Origin: Escherichia coli
Lineage (GTDB): Bacteria > Pseudomonadota > Gammaproteobacteria > Enterobacterales > Enterobacteriaceae
Strand: one strand, 5' to 3'
NCBI RefSeq assembly: GCF_030384885.1
Contig: NZ_CP128613.1
Length of the DNA stretch: 64,000 nucleotides
Part shown: positions 41,610 to 53,800 of the stretch, in pieces
How positions within the stretch are numbered: position 1 is the first letter of the stretch
Layout of the letters: each line of letters starts with the position of its first letter
Translations under genes and position numbers: made by a program
The notes under the pieces: model-generated
Database searches by the model: none
What the model was told of the DNA's origin: nothing
What the model saw: the letters and a program-made list of their open reading frames with translations, nothing else

Positions 41610-41900
41610 TCACGGCATCAATCCATTGAACAGACGTTTTTTACGCGGCCCGGTCATTAAAGATTCCAGTTTTGCGACACAGGTTTTGTAGTGGGGCGTG
41701 GTTTTATGGAACGCCACAGCGTCTTCATCTTTATAGGCTTCGTAGATATAAAAGCGCGAATTCACTTCCGGGTCCTGTAAGACATCGAAGCGCAAATTGC
41801 CTTCTTCCTGTACCGAGCCCAGGTGGTTCTGGCGAAAAACTTCGATAAACTCGTCAACCTTGTCTTCATGAACGTTAATTTCAACCAGTGTGACGTGCAT
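41610..41900 (-). CDS. lsrG: (4S)-4-hydroxy-5-phosphonooxypentane-2,3-dione isomerase LsrG
   Basis: 96-aa ABM-type protein, the last gene of lsrACDBFG. Confidence 0.93.
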   Translation of the reverse strand: MHVTLVEINVHEDKVDEFIEVFRQNHLGSVQEEGNLRFDVLQDPEVNSRFYIYEAYKDEDAVAFHKTTPHYKTCVAKLESLMTGPRKKRLFNGLMP

Positions 41901-41923
41901 AATTCTTCTCCTTAAATCCGCAG

Positions 41924-42799
41924 TTACTGTTTTTCACTCAGATAGAGTTCATATGCCCGATCAGCCGTTTCGTTATGGTGTACCACCGCCTGTACGGCTT
42001 TCATCATCGCCACCGGATGGTCAGACTGGAAAATATTACGCCCCATATCCACACCAGAAGCGCCCTGATCGATAGCCTGCCAGCACATTTCCAGCGCCTC
42101 GCGCTCCGGTAATTTTTTACCGCCAGCAATAACAATGGGTACCGGACATCCGGCAACAATCCGTTCAAAACCTTTATCAACATAATAAGTTTTGATAATC
42201 TGCGCCCCCATTTCAGCGGCGATTCGGGTAGCCAGCGAGAAATAACGTTGGTCGCGCACCATATCTTTGCCCACGCCAGTCACGGCCATGGTCGGCATTC
42301 CTACTTTCATTCCAGCATCGACCAGCTGAATAATATTTTTAATCGACTGATGTTCATATTCACTGCCGATATAAACCTGCGCTGCCACCGCGCAACTGTT
42401 CAGGCGCACGGCGTCATCCATCGATAACGCCACGGCTTCATTACTTAATTCCGCCAGAATAGAGTTCGCACCAGACGCCCGCAGTACTACCGGCTTATTG
42501 GTCGCCGGGGGGACTACGCTGCGCAAAATGCCGCGCGTACACATTAATACATCGGCATGTTCAAACAGCGGGGCGATATTTATATCAATGCGTTCAAGTC
42601 CGGTAGTCGGCCCCTGAAAATAACCATGGTCAAAGGCCAGCATCACGGTTTTACCCGTTTTCGGATTAAATATCCGTGATAAGCGTGACTGCATTCCCCA
42701 ATCCAGCGCACCGCAACCTTTCAGGGTAAAAGGGATATTTTGTTGCGGTTGATCGGTGCGAAAATCTTTACCATCTTTAATATCGTCTAAATCTGCCAT
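41924..42799 (-). CDS. lsrF: 3-hydroxy-5-phosphonooxypentane-2,4-dione thiolase LsrF
   Basis: 291-aa class I aldolase-like protein in operon position. Confidence 0.93.
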   Translation of the reverse strand: MADLDDIKDGKDFRTDQPQQNIPFTLKGCGALDWGMQSRLSRIFNPKTGKTVMLAFDHGYFQGPTTGLERIDINIAPLFEHADVLMCTRGILRSVVPPATNKPVVLRASGANSILAELSNEAVALSMDDAVRLNSCAVAAQVYIGSEYEHQSIKNIIQLVDAGMKVGMPTMAVTGVGKDMVRDQRYFSLATRIAAEMGAQIIKTYYVDKGFERIVAGCPVPIVIAGGKKLPEREALEMCWQAIDQGASGVDMGRNIFQSDHPVAMMKAVQAVVHHNETADRAYELYLSEKQ

Positions 42800-42825
42800 A
42801 ACGTACTCCGGTTAAGTAATGTACA

Positions 42826-43848
42826 TCAGAAATCGTATTTGCCGATATTCTCTTTGTTGAATATCACGCGCTCCGGTAACAGTACGATGCCATTACCATC
42901 CGCTTCGTAGTCATAGCCCTGAACGCTGTTTGGCGAGACTTCAACCTGACCTACGCCCTGAATATTCAGCTTGTCGCCCGTTTTCATTGATCCTTTTTTC
43001 AATAATGCATCCGCGACATAAACTGAAATTTTGCCTTGCTGAACCACATCCCACAGGCCAAATTCTTTCACCGTGCCGCGCTCTACATACGGACGCATCA
43101 CGTTTGGCGTACTGAATCCGACAATCGCAACTTTGTCATTTTTCAGGTTTTCTGCGGCTTGTGCGGCAGCGGGCAGGGCGTTGGCGTCCGGGGCGATAAT
43201 GGCGTCGAGATCGCTATAGGCTTTTAATATTCCTTCTGCGGTTTGTAACGATTTAGTGGCATCGTTATAGCCAAACTGCGTAGTGACAATTTCCCAGCCT
43301 GGATGGTCTTTGGCGATTTTCGCTTTCGCCTCTTTCACCCACTGGTTTTGGTCCGTAACGGTGGGGCTTGAGTAGAAAAACGCGACTTTGGCTTTGTCTT
43401 TATTCACCTGACGCGCCGCCATATCCACCAACATACCTCCCAACTGGGCGGGCGTTCCCTGATTAATGTAGTAAGAACGGCACTCCGGTTTAGTATCAGA
43501 GTCCCAGGTCAGCACTCTCACACCACGTTGCATGGCGCGTTTCAGTGCCGGACACAAGCCATCAGGCGAAACCGCAGAGACGATAATGGCGTTATAACCC
43601 TGATTGACGAAGTTATTAATCAACTGTACCTGACCAGAAACACTGGGTTCTGTCGGTCCGTCGTAGGTCACATCAACGCCCAGCTCTTTACCCGCTTGTT
43701 GTGCGCCGTTGCCACCGCTGGTAAAAAATCCCACGCCAACCAGTTTGGGAATAAATGCAATACGCTCTGCGGCCTGCACATTCATAGAGATTGCGGCAAA
43801 GCCAAGCGCGCTAAGTAAGGCGATTTTCTTAAAGCGATGAAGTGTCAT
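42826..43848 (-). CDS. lsrB: Periplasmic AI-2 binding protein LsrB
   Basis: 340 aa with a signal peptide; periplasmic sugar-binding fold family. Confidence 0.93.
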   Translation of the reverse strand: MTLHRFKKIALLSALGFAAISMNVQAAERIAFIPKLVGVGFFTSGGNGAQQAGKELGVDVTYDGPTEPSVSGQVQLINNFVNQGYNAIIVSAVSPDGLCPALKRAMQRGVRVLTWDSDTKPECRSYYINQGTPAQLGGMLVDMAARQVNKDKAKVAFFYSSPTVTDQNQWVKEAKAKIAKDHPGWEIVTTQFGYNDATKSLQTAEGILKAYSDLDAIIAPDANALPAAAQAAENLKNDKVAIVGFSTPNVMRPYVERGTVKEFGLWDVVQQGKISVYVADALLKKGSMKTGDKLNIQGVGQVEVSPNSVQGYDYEADGNGIVLLPERVIFNKENIGKYDF

Positions 43849-43859
43849 GAAGATATCCT

Positions 43860-44852
43860 TTATGGCAATGGGTTATTGGCCCGACGCGCCAGCCACTCTT
43901 TAATTTGCTGGCGATGCAGGCTAACGGAACGACCTACGACAACGACGATAAGTAGCGCACCGGAAAGGGCGCTGGACACCTGATTTGGCACTCCTGCCAT
44001 TTGCAAACCTTGTTGCAAATATCCCACTAATAAAACCGCAATGGCGGTGCCGATAATGGAACCAGAACCACCATAAATATTGGCACCGCCGAGCACTACG
44101 GCGGTGATGGCGGGCATCAGAAACGACGCACCGAGATCGGAACGTGCTGAACCAAAGTACGATACCAGCAGCACAGCGGCGACCGCAGACGCCAGCCCCG
44201 TCATGGCATAGAGTGCACATAAGGTGCGGTTAACCGGAATCGCGCTATAAAGCGCCACGCGCGGGCTTTGTCCAATCAAAAACACATTACGTCCGGCATG
44301 GGTTTTATGCAGCCACAGCCAGAAAACGATGAGACATATCAGAAAGATAATCAGCGGAACGGGAAGTCCCAGCACATCCAGGTTAGCGAAATCTGTAAAC
44401 GCCATCGGGAATCCACCAATACCTTCGTATCCCGTCGCTCCGGCCATCCCGGAAAGCAGCAGAGCGCTTCCGGCAAACAGATACAGCGTGCCAAGCGTAA
44501 TCACCAGCGGGTTAACTTTGGTATAGATAATTAATCCGGCGTTAATCAGCCCGCACAATGCGCCGAGCAGAAAGGTCAGAAGAATCGCCAGCGGCATCGG
44601 CACGCCGCTTTGAAACAGTACGCCTAATGCAATGGCGCACAAGCCGATGGTCGAGCCAAACGAAATATCGATCCCGCCACTGACAATCACCATCGTCAGC
44701 GGTAGGGCGACAATGCCAATGCAGATAAAGTCACTGGTGCTGAACAGCAACATATTGAGATCTAACATCCGCGGGTTAATTGCACCAAATGCGACAATCT
44801 CAATAACGAGCAGTGCGGCAAGAGCTAGTTCCCAACCGTAGCGAATACGCAT
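43860..44852 (-). CDS. lsrD: AI-2 ABC transporter permease LsrD
   Basis: 330-aa polytopic permease. Confidence 0.93.
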   Translation of the reverse strand: MRIRYGWELALAALLVIEIVAFGAINPRMLDLNMLLFSTSDFICIGIVALPLTMVIVSGGIDISFGSTIGLCAIALGVLFQSGVPMPLAILLTFLLGALCGLINAGLIIYTKVNPLVITLGTLYLFAGSALLLSGMAGATGYEGIGGFPMAFTDFANLDVLGLPVPLIIFLICLIVFWLWLHKTHAGRNVFLIGQSPRVALYSAIPVNRTLCALYAMTGLASAVAAVLLVSYFGSARSDLGASFLMPAITAVVLGGANIYGGSGSIIGTAIAVLLVGYLQQGLQMAGVPNQVSSALSGALLIVVVVGRSVSLHRQQIKEWLARRANNPLP

Positions 44853-45880
44853 TACGCGGCCTCCCGTTTTTTACCTGACGAAGCGGGTTTAACGGATGGC
44901 GGTGGCGTCATAAAGCGGGCATATTTTTGCCGCCGTAGATTACGTTCCAGCGCACAACGCAGGCGTCCATCAAACACCAGCACCGCCAGCAGAACCAGGC
45001 CCGCGATAAAATCATTCCACCATGCCGGAATGCGCAACAGCACCAGTACACTATCGATCTGCGTCAGGAACCATGCGCCGAGTACCGCACCGATGATCGC
45101 ACCGGAACCGCCGAGCAAACTAATACCGCCCAGCACGCAGGCTGCAATCGCTTTCATCTCCAGCCCGGTACCGGTCTGGTTGGGAATAAAACCGATCTGC
45201 GAAGCAAACACAATCCCCGCCAGTGCCGCCATGCAGCCGTTCAACGAAAATGCCACAATCCTAATGGCTTCCGTACGAACGCCCAGTTGACGAGCGCCCT
45301 GCAAATTATCGCCCGTGGCATAAAAACTGCGTCCAAACGCCGTCTTCGGCAGCAGCCAGGCCATAAATGCCACCAGAATTATCGTCAACCAACCAATTGC
45401 TGAAACGCCAAACAGCAGCGGGGCGGAGAGTTGTTTCAGTTCGGCGGGTAACCCCTCAATCCATTTACCGCCAGTCCACAGCAACATGATGCCCCTGTAC
45501 AACCCTAACGTGCCAAGGGTGGCAACAATGGCAGGGATCTTTAGCCACGCGACCAGGACACCGTTGAAAAATCCCGCGAGCAAACCAAGCAGTAAAGTCG
45601 CGACACAAGCAACAGGTAGTGAATATCCTGCGTTTAATAACATCCCCAACAGCACCGCGCACATTCCGGTAATCGAACCCACTGAAACATCAATATTGCG
45701 TGTCAGCATCACCAGCGTCGCGCCCATTGCCAGCAGGATCAGGATTTGCGCGCTGCTATAAACCATGGTTAGCGTTTGCAGACTTAAATACTGGCGGTCG
45801 AGAAAACCAGGCAATACAAAAAGAAGCACCACTGCCAGCAGGGCCGTGATTTCACGGTTGTTCTGGATAAATTTCAGCAT
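44852..45880 (-). CDS. lsrC: AI-2 ABC transporter permease LsrC
   Basis: 342-aa polytopic permease. Its start overlaps the lsrA stop. Confidence 0.93.
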   Translation of the reverse strand: MLKFIQNNREITALLAVVLLFVLPGFLDRQYLSLQTLTMVYSSAQILILLAMGATLVMLTRNIDVSVGSITGMCAVLLGMLLNAGYSLPVACVATLLLGLLAGFFNGVLVAWLKIPAIVATLGTLGLYRGIMLLWTGGKWIEGLPAELKQLSAPLLFGVSAIGWLTIILVAFMAWLLPKTAFGRSFYATGDNLQGARQLGVRTEAIRIVAFSLNGCMAALAGIVFASQIGFIPNQTGTGLEMKAIAACVLGGISLLGGSGAIIGAVLGAWFLTQIDSVLVLLRIPAWWNDFIAGLVLLAVLVFDGRLRCALERNLRRQKYARFMTPPPSVKPASSGKKREAA

Positions 45881-47409
45881 GACGCCTCCTTGCGGTGAGC
45901 ATCACCGAAGGCGACACGCATAATGGTATCGACATTAATATCGCGTCCCGTCAGTGCCGAGTGGGTAATCTCTCCCTGATGCATTACATACACGCGATCT
46001 GCCATCAGTTCGATCTCTTCCAGATCGGAGGAGATAAGCAGCACAGCCACATTTTGTGCGGCGATGCTGTGCAGCAGCTGGTAGATATCACTACGGGCCG
46101 AAACATCAACGCCGCGCGTCGGCTCATCGACAATCAATACTTGCGGCGAGGCTTCAAGACACTTGGCGATCAGGATTTTTTGCTGGTTGCCACCGGATAA
46201 TGTCCGTGCAGCTTGTTCAGATTGGTTAAATTTAATATTCAGCGCCCGACGATAACGTTCCAGTGTGGCATTATCTTTCGCAGTTTTCGCCCAGAATCCA
46301 CGAAGGTTGTGGGTCAGGGCGCAAACGTTCCAGGCCAGCGAGGCATCGAGATTCAATCCGGATGACTGGCGATCCTCCGGCAAATAAACAAGACCGCGCA
46401 GTAAACGTTCTCCGGTAGATAATTTATTGATCTCCTTACCATTCAGCATAATGCATCCGCCACGCAAAGTGCGTAAACCATATAGTGTCTCAGCCAGTTC
46501 CGTACGTCCGGCACCCACAAGCCCAGCCAGCCCCAGTATTTCTCCGGCATTAAGCGTCAAGCTAACATTCATAAAACCTTCGCCGGTCAGGTTTTCCAGT
46601 GTCAGCACCGGCGTTCCGGCGGCATGTTGTGGGCGGTTGCCAGGTAACTCCAGCCATAATTTTTGGCTGGCAGAGAGCGATTTTTCCCGTAGCGCTGGCG
46701 TGATGGCCTGAATGATGTCGTCGGTAGACAGCTCACAGGTTTTGCCACTTAACGCGATAGTTCCGTCGCGCATCACGCTAATACGATCGGCAATTTGGCG
46801 AATTTCCGGCAGTTTATGTGAGATAAAAACAATACCCACGCCAGTGGCGAGCAGTTCCCGTAAACGGCTAAACAAGCGTTCGGTTTCCGCAGGGGTAAGC
46901 GACGCTGTAGGTTCATCGAGAATGAGAATTTGCGAATCGCGCATCAGACCGCGCAGGATTTCCACCATTTGGCGGTCGGCAATATCCAGCGATCCTGCCA
47001 GACTATGCAGATCAAACTGGCAGCCCAGCGCCGCCAGCAAGTTCTTCAGTTTCTGCATGGAGAGCTGTTTTTTTGCCAGCCCAAACAGAATGTTTTCTTT
47101 TATCGACAGGCTTGGGAAAAGCAGCGGTTCCTGGGGAACGAGATAAATACCCAACTGATGAGCATGAACTGGCGTTAATCTGGTGTAGTTGTTGCCCCCA
47201 ATCTCCAGCGTACCGCTATCAGCAGGGGTAATACCGGCAATGATCTTCATTAACGTCGATTTACCGGCACCATTGCCGCCAAGCAGGGCGTGGACTTCCC
47301 CCTGATGCAACGTAAAATCGATGCCTTTCAGGACATTAACCCCTGAATACTGTTTATAAACCGAGCGGGCGCAAAGTAGCGGTAACGCGCGGGTATCACT
47401 CGTTAGCAT
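45874..47409 (-). CDS. lsrA: AI-2 ABC transporter ATPase LsrA (tandem ABC domains)
   Basis: 511 aa from [21 protein letters not shown], with Walker [10 protein letters not shown] and a second ABC signature LSGGNQQK. The ORF-track 540-aa form is an upstream extension. Confidence 0.92.
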   Translation of the reverse strand: MLTSDTRALPLLCARSVYKQYSGVNVLKGIDFTLHQGEVHALLGGNGAGKSTLMKIIAGITPADSGTLEIGGNNYTRLTPVHAHQLGIYLVPQEPLLFPSLSIKENILFGLAKKQLSMQKLKNLLAALGCQFDLHSLAGSLDIADRQMVEILRGLMRDSQILILDEPTASLTPAETERLFSRLRELLATGVGIVFISHKLPEIRQIADRISVMRDGTIALSGKTCELSTDDIIQAITPALREKSLSASQKLWLELPGNRPQHAAGTPVLTLENLTGEGFMNVSLTLNAGEILGLAGLVGAGRTELAETLYGLRTLRGGCIMLNGKEINKLSTGERLLRGLVYLPEDRQSSGLNLDASLAWNVCALTHNLRGFWAKTAKDNATLERYRRALNIKFNQSEQAARTLSGGNQQKILIAKCLEASPQVLIVDEPTRGVDVSARSDIYQLLHSIAAQNVAVLLISSDLEEIELMADRVYVMHQGEITHSALTGRDINVDTIMRVAFGDAHRKEASC

Positions 47410-47440
47410 GTTTCCCCCGTTCAGTTTTGCAGGTGAGTTT

Positions 47441-47473
47441 TGAACAAATGTATTTCTGCTTTCAATTTGTTCA
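47441..47473. promoter_or_regulatory. Putative LsrR operator (lsrA-proximal)
   Basis: TGAACAAAT-N15-ATTTGTTCA, which is TGAACA-N21-TGTTCA, lies 32-64 nt upstream of the lsrA ATG. Confidence 0.55.
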
Positions 47474-47574
47474 TAAACCTTAGGTGGACATTGCACATAT
47501 TTCCGACGAATAGATCACAATTTATGCTATTTTGATTTTCACGGTTGCGTTTGTTCATGCTCGTAGAGTCAAAC

Positions 47575-47590
47575 TGTGGTTGCTATCACA
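47575..47590. promoter_or_regulatory. Putative CRP site in the lsrR-lsrA intergenic region
   Basis: TGTGG-TTGCTA-TCACA matches the CRP consensus at 9/10 positions. The lsr operon is known to be cAMP-CRP dependent. Confidence 0.6.
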
Positions 47591-47609
47591 GATATAAATG
47601 CGCAAGAAC

Positions 47610-47642
47610 TGAACAATTGCATTAAAGATTTAAATATGTTCA
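47610..47642. promoter_or_regulatory. Putative LsrR operator (lsrR-proximal)
   Basis: TGAACA-N21-TGTTCA has the same geometry as the 47441 site and lies 17-49 nt upstream of the lsrR ATG. Confidence 0.55.
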
Positions 47643-47658
47643 AAGTGAAGAATGAATT

Positions 47659-48612
47659 ATGACAATCAACGATTCGGCAATTTCAGAACAGGGAATGTGT
47701 GAAGAAGAACAGGTCGCGCGGATCGCGTGGTTTTACTATCACGACGGGCTGACCCAGAGCGAGATCAGCGAGCGTCTCGGGCTGACTCGCTTGAAAGTGT
47801 CGCGATTACTGGAAAAAGGGCATCAGTCCGGCATTATTCGCGTGCAGATTAATTCTCGCTTTGAAGGCTGTCTGGAATATGAAACTCAATTACGTTGTCA
47901 GTATTCGCTGCAACATGTCCGGGTGATCCCTGGGCTTGCGGATGCTGATGTCGGTGGGCGACTAGGGATAGGCGCGGCGCATATGTTGATGAGTTTACTT
48001 CAACCACAACAGATGCTGGCGATTGGTTTTGGCGAGGCAACCATGAATACGCTGCAACGCTTAAGTGGTTTTATTTCGTCGCAGCAAATTCGCCTGGTCA
48101 CGCTCTCCGGTGGCGTCGGTTCTTATATGACGGGTATCGGGCAGCTTAATGCGGCGTGCAGTGTGAATATTATTCCGGCTCCGCTGCGGGCATCCTCCGC
48201 TGACATTGCCCATACGCTAAAAAATGAAAATTGCGTCAAAGATGTTCTGTTAGCCGCACAAGCTGCGGATGTGGCGATTGTCGGCATTGGGGCCGTGAGT
48301 CAACAAGACGACGCGACGATCATTCGCTCCGGTTATATCAGTCAGGGCGAACAGTTAATGATTGGCCGAAAAGGGGCGGTTGGCGACATTTTAGGCTACT
48401 TTTTTGATGCAAAAGGTGACGTTGTCACGGATATTAAAATACATAACGAACTGATTGGCTTACCTTTAAGCGCGCTGAAGACCATTCCCGTCCGGGTTGG
48501 CGTGGCAGGGGGAGAAAATAAAGCCGAAGCCATTGCCGCTGCAATTAAAGGCGGCTATATCAACGCACTGGTTACCGATCAGGACACAGCAGCGGCGATT
48601 TTACGTAGTTAA
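47659..48612 (+). CDS. lsrR: SorC/DeoR-type repressor LsrR
   Basis: 317 aa with N-terminal HTH ([22 protein letters not shown]) and a sugar-phosphate binding domain. Confidence 0.93.
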   Translation: MTINDSAISEQGMCEEEQVARIAWFYYHDGLTQSEISERLGLTRLKVSRLLEKGHQSGIIRVQINSRFEGCLEYETQLRCQYSLQHVRVIPGLADADVGGRLGIGAAHMLMSLLQPQQMLAIGFGEATMNTLQRLSGFISSQQIRLVTLSGGVGSYMTGIGQLNAACSVNIIPAPLRASSADIAHTLKNENCVKDVLLAAQAADVAIVGIGAVSQQDDATIIRSGYISQGEQLMIGRKGAVGDILGYFFDAKGDVVTDIKIHNELIGLPLSALKTIPVRVGVAGGENKAEAIAAAIKGGYINALVTDQDTAAAILRS

Positions 48613-48690
48613 ATTTGCATGACCTTATTACCGGGAATGATGGAGAACGTATAGAGGAACAGACAGAACGCATAAGCCGAGGATAATCTA

Positions 48691-50283
48691 ATGGCTCGAC
48701 TCTTTACCCCTTCAGAATCAAAGTACTACCTGATGGCGCTGGATGCAGGCACCGGAAGTATTCGGGCTGTGATATTCGACCTGGAAGGCAATCAAATAGC
48801 AGTGGGACAGGCGGAGTGGCGGCATCTGGCAGTACCGGACGTTCCTGGTTCTATGGAATTTGATCTCAACAAAAACTGGCAACTGGCGTGTGAGTGTATG
48901 CGCCAGGCGCTGCACAACGCCGGCATAGCCCCGGAGTATATCGCTGCCGTTTCGGCATGTTCGATGCGCGAAGGCATTGTTTTATATAACAATGAAGGAA
49001 CACCGATCTGGGCCTGCGCCAATGTGGATGCCAGAGCGGCGCGCGAAGTTAGCGAACTTAAAGAACTGCACAACAATACCTTTGAAAACGAAGTTTATCG
49101 CGCCACCGGACAAACGCTGGCTTTAAGCGCTATTCCCAGATTACTTTGGCTGGCGCACCATCGTTCTGATATCTACCGACAGGCGTCGACCATCACCATG
49201 ATCAGCGACTGGCTGGCCTATATGCTCAGCGGTGAACTGGCGGTGGATCCCTCTAACGCTGGCACCACGGGACTTCTTGATCTAACCACCCGTGACTGGA
49301 AACCTGCATTGCTGGATATGGCCGGACTGCGGGCCGATATTCTTTCTCCTGTCAAAGAAACCGGCACATTGCTGGGCGTGGTAAGTTCACAAGCGGCGGA
49401 ACTCTGCGGTCTGAAGGCGGGCACTCCGGTGGTCGTTGGAGGAGGCGACGTGCAACTTGGTTGCCTGGGGTTAGGCGTTGTCCGTCCGGCACAAACCGCT
49501 GTTCTTGGCGGTACATTCTGGCAGCAAGTTGTAAACTTAGCTGCGCCGGTGACAGACCCAGAAATGAACGTGCGCGTTAATCCTCATGTTATTCCTGGCA
49601 TGGTACAAGCTGAATCTATAAGCTTTTTTACCGGACTCACCATGCGCTGGTTCCGCGATGCTTTCTGTGCCGAAGAAAAACTGATTTCCGAACGTTTAGG
49701 CATCGACACCTATACGTTGCTTGAAGAGATGGCAAGTCGTGTGCCGCCTGGGTCGTGGGGCGTAATGCCGATATTCTCCGACAGAATGCGCTTTAAAACC
49801 TGGTATCACGCTGCGCCTTCCTTTATTAATTTGTCTATTGATCCGGATAAATGTAACAAAGCGACATTGTTCCGTGCGCTGGAAGAAAATGCGGCGATTG
49901 TATCAGCGTGTAACTTGCAGCAAATCGCTGATTTCTCGAATATTCATCCTTCATCGTTAGTCTTTGCCGGCGGAGGTTCAAAAGGGAAATTATGGAGTCA
50001 AATTCTCGCTGATGTCTCGGGATTACCCGTCAATATTCCAGTGGTCAAAGAAGCCACCGCATTAGGATGTGCCATTGCAGCTGGCGTCGGTGCCGGAATT
50101 TTTTCATCAATGGCAGAAACCGGAGAACGCCTGGTTCGCTGGGAACGGACGCACACACCAGACCCGGAAAAGCATGAACTTTATCAGGATTCACGCGATA
50201 AGTGGCAGGCAGTTTATCAGGATCAGCTGGGGCTGGTTGATCATGGACTGACGACGTCGTTATGGAAAGCGCCTGGGTTATAG
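48691..50283 (+). CDS. lsrK: Autoinducer-2 kinase LsrK (FGGY family)
   Basis: 530 aa, [30 protein letters not shown]... Confidence 0.93.
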   Translation: MARLFTPSESKYYLMALDAGTGSIRAVIFDLEGNQIAVGQAEWRHLAVPDVPGSMEFDLNKNWQLACECMRQALHNAGIAPEYIAAVSACSMREGIVLYNNEGTPIWACANVDARAAREVSELKELHNNTFENEVYRATGQTLALSAIPRLLWLAHHRSDIYRQASTITMISDWLAYMLSGELAVDPSNAGTTGLLDLTTRDWKPALLDMAGLRADILSPVKETGTLLGVVSSQAAELCGLKAGTPVVVGGGDVQLGCLGLGVVRPAQTAVLGGTFWQQVVNLAAPVTDPEMNVRVNPHVIPGMVQAESISFFTGLTMRWFRDAFCAEEKLISERLGIDTYTLLEEMASRVPPGSWGVMPIFSDRMRFKTWYHAAPSFINLSIDPDKCNKATLFRALEENAAIVSACNLQQIADFSNIHPSSLVFAGGGSKGKLWSQILADVSGLPVNIPVVKEATALGCAIAAGVGAGIFSSMAETGERLVRWERTHTPDPEKHELYQDSRDKWQAVYQDQLGLVDHGLTTSLWKAPGL

Positions 50284-50291
50284 TTTCATTG

Positions 50292-50327
50292 ACAGCCACA
50301 TCATGATGACTGTGGCTGTTAGTTTTT
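50292..50327 (+). terminator. Intrinsic terminator of lsrRK
   Basis: Perfect 9-bp stem ACAGCCACA/TGTGGCTGT followed by TAGTTTTT. Confidence 0.75.
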
Positions 50328-50812
50328 GAGTATTGGTATTCTTATTTCCCTTCTTTAGAGCTGGCTTGTTAAATGCCAGCTTGCAGATTCATCGTTCCAT
50401 CACCAGTACTAAATTCAAGGGAAAATTGCTATTTTTCTTAAAGCATTAAGCATAACCCTTATTTTATAGCGAATATTCCTAAAGGCATTAATGGATGAAA
50501 AAGGGTTTTAATAAACTTCTGTTTTTAGCAATTAGTGCTATTCTTTGTTAAATATGATGATGATAATCTTCTTATTGAAAGAAACAGTTTTCTTATTAAG
50601 CAACAATAACTCATGGTTCATTTTTAAATAAAATAAGAACTATGCGATTTTTAATCTATCGATTAGAAAGTATTAGCAAATTAGCCAAATTGACACCTTC
50701 CCACCTCCAACCAACACTCAATACAGACCTCTGACAACTTAATAAGTTTCATTTTTAACGTCTGATGACTCATCTCTTTCGTGGCTGTATTGTTTGTATA
50801 TGGAGCGTTTAT

Positions 50813-53800
50813 ATGAATAGAATCTATCGCGTGATATGGAATTGCACCCTACAGGTATTTCAGGCCTGCTCGGAATTAACTCGCAGGGTAGGTAAAACAT
50901 CAACGGTTAATTTGCGTAAATCCTCTGGATTGACAACGAAATTCAGTAGATTGACGCTGGGTGTTTTGCTGGCACTAAGCGGTTCAGCGTCTGGTGCGAG
51001 TCTGGAAGTTGATAATGGTCAGATTACCAATATTAATACTGATGTTGCTTACGATGCCTACCTGGTTGGGTGGTATGGCACTGGAGTGCTTAATATTTTG
51101 GCTGGCGGTAATGCCTCCTTAACCACTATTACTACCAGCGTCATTGGTGGTAATGAGGACTCAGAGGGCACCGTTAACGTTTTGGGTGGCACCTGGCGAT
51201 TGTATGATAGCGGAAATAATGCAAGGCCTTTAAATGTGGGTCAATCCGGAACGGGGACGCTGAATATTAAACAGAAGGGTCACGTTGACGGAGGATATTT
51301 AAGGATAGGTTCTTCGACAGGAGGCGTCGGGACGGTCAATGTTGAAGGAGAGGACTCGGTTCTGACGACCGAATTATTCGAAATAGGGAGTTACGGTACA
51401 GGCTCATTAAATATTACGGATAAGGGTTACGTCACGAGTTCAATAGTCGCCATTGTAGGATATCAGGCGAACAGTAATGGTAAGCTTGTCGTTGAAAAGG
51501 GTGGCGAGTGGCTAATAAAAAATAATGATTCCTCAATTGAATTTCAAATTGGTAATCAAGGGACGGGCGAAGCAACTATTCGCGATGGGGGGCTAATTAC
51601 GGCTGAAAATACGATTATCGGTGGCAACCTCACCGGTATCGGAACCCTGAATGTGCAGGATCAAGACTCTGTCATCACGGTACGCAGACTCTATAATGGA
51701 TATTTCGGTAATGGCACAGTCAATATTTCCAATAATGGACTGATTAATAATAAAGAATATTCATTGGTGGGCGTTCAGGACGGGTCCCACGGTGTCGTCA
51801 ACGTGACCGATAAAGGGCATTGGAATTTCCTCGGAACGGGCGAAGCTTTCCGCTATATCTATATCGGTGATGCTGGCGACGGTGAACTTAATGTCTCGAG
51901 TGAAGGCAAAGTAGATTCGGGAATTATCACTGCGGGGATGAAAGAAACAGGCACAGGCAACATTACTGTTAAGGATAAGAACTCCGTTATCACTAATCTC
52001 GGAACTAATCTTGGTTATGACGGCCACGGCGAAATGAATATCAGTAATGAGGGGCTTGTTGTCAGCAACGGAGGAAGCTCACTCGGTTATGGAGAAACCG
52101 GCGTCGGGAAGGTTAGCATCACCACGGGGGGGATGTGGGAGGTCAATAAGAATGTCTATACCACTATTGGTGTTGCGGGCGTCGGAAACCTCAATATCAG
52201 CGATGGCGGTAAGTTCGTATCGCAAAATATTACTTTTTTGGGCGATAAAGCAAGCGGTATCGGCACACTGAACCTGATGGATGCGACATCATCGTTCGAT
52301 ACTGTAGGTATCAATGTCGGTAATTTTGGTAGCGGCATCGTAAATGTCAGTAATGGTGCCACCCTTAATTCAACGGGCTATGGATTTATCGGAGGAAATG
52401 CCTCCGGTAAGGGGATAGTTAATATTTCAACGGATAGTCTCTGGAATTTAAAAACGTCATCTACTAACGCCCAATTGCTACAGGTCGGTGTATTAGGCAC
52501 GGGTGAACTGAATATTACCACCGGAGGTATAGTTAAAGCGCGTGATACACAGATAGCTCTCAATGACAAAAGTAAGGGCGACGTGCGGGTGGATGGGCAG
52601 AACTCTCTTCTTGAAACATTCAATATGAACGTAGGGACGACTGGCACAGGTACGTTAACCCTGACGAATAACGGCACGCTGAATGTCGAAGGTGGAGAAG
52701 TTTACTTAGGTGTTTTTGAGCCTGCTGTAGGAACGCTAAACATTGGTGCTGCTCACGGTGAGGTGGCGGCAGATGCCGGGTTTATCACCAATGCGACGAA
52801 AGTGGAGTTTGGTCTTGGCGAAGGCGTTTTTGTCTTTAATCATACCAATAACAGTGATGCCGGCTACCAGGTCGATATGCTGATTACGGGTGACGATAAA
52901 GACGGAAAAGTGATGCATGATGCAGGCCATACGGTGTTCAATGCAGGGAATACTTATAGCGGTAAAACGCTGGTCAATGACGGCCTCCTGACTATTGCGT
53001 CACATACGGCAGATGGGGTAACAGGCATGGGTTCGAGTGAAGTAACCATTGCAAGCCCCGGTACGCTCGACATTCTCGCATCAACGAACAGCGCAGGAGA
53101 TTACACGCTGACCAATGCGCTCAAAGGCGATGGCTTGATGCGAGTGCAGCTGTCATCCTCCGACAAAATGTTTGGCTTTACCCATGCAACAGGAACTGAA
53201 TTCGCCGGTGTTGCCCAACTGAAAGACAGTACCTTCACACTGGAACGCGACAACACCGCTGCGCTTACTCACGCGATGCTTCAGTCTGACAGTGAAAATA
53301 CCACATCGGTAGAAGTGGGAGAGCAATCCATTGGTGGACTAGCCATGAATGGCGGTACGCTCACTTTCGATACGGATATACCTGCTGCGACGCTTGCGGA
53401 GGGATATATCAGCGTCGATACACTGGTTGTCGGCGCGGGTGACTACACCTGGAAAGGCCGTAACTATCAGGTAAACGGGACGGGCGACGTGCTTATCGAC
53501 GTGCCTAAACCGTGGAATGATCCCATGGCGAATAACCCTCTGACTACGCTCAATTTGCTGGAACACGATGATAGCCATGTCGGCGTTCAACTGGTGAAGG
53601 CGCAAACGGTTATTGGGTCGGGTGGCTCATTAACGTTACGTGATTTACAGGGCGACGAGGTGGAAGCGGACAAAACGTTACACATTGCACAAAACGGAAC
53701 AGTGGTCGCCGAGGGTGATTATGGATTCCGACTCACGACCGCACCTGGTGATGGTTTGTATGTTAACTATGGGCTGAAAGCGCTGAACATCCATGGTGGG

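Noticed and set aside
45895-47178. Plus-strand ORFs of 82-144 aa inside lsrA
   Set aside because: They are antisense to the lsrA ABC ATPase and have no independent support.
47410-47496. Upstream extension of lsrA, and similar extensions of dcp, rspA, rspB, ydfG, eamA, marA, yneE, hipA, hipB, ynfD, ynfC and ynfK in the ORF track
   Set aside because: The longest-ORF calls start at upstream in-frame codons. The shorter starts reproduce the lengths and N-termini I recall for the K-12 proteins and have better RBS spacing.
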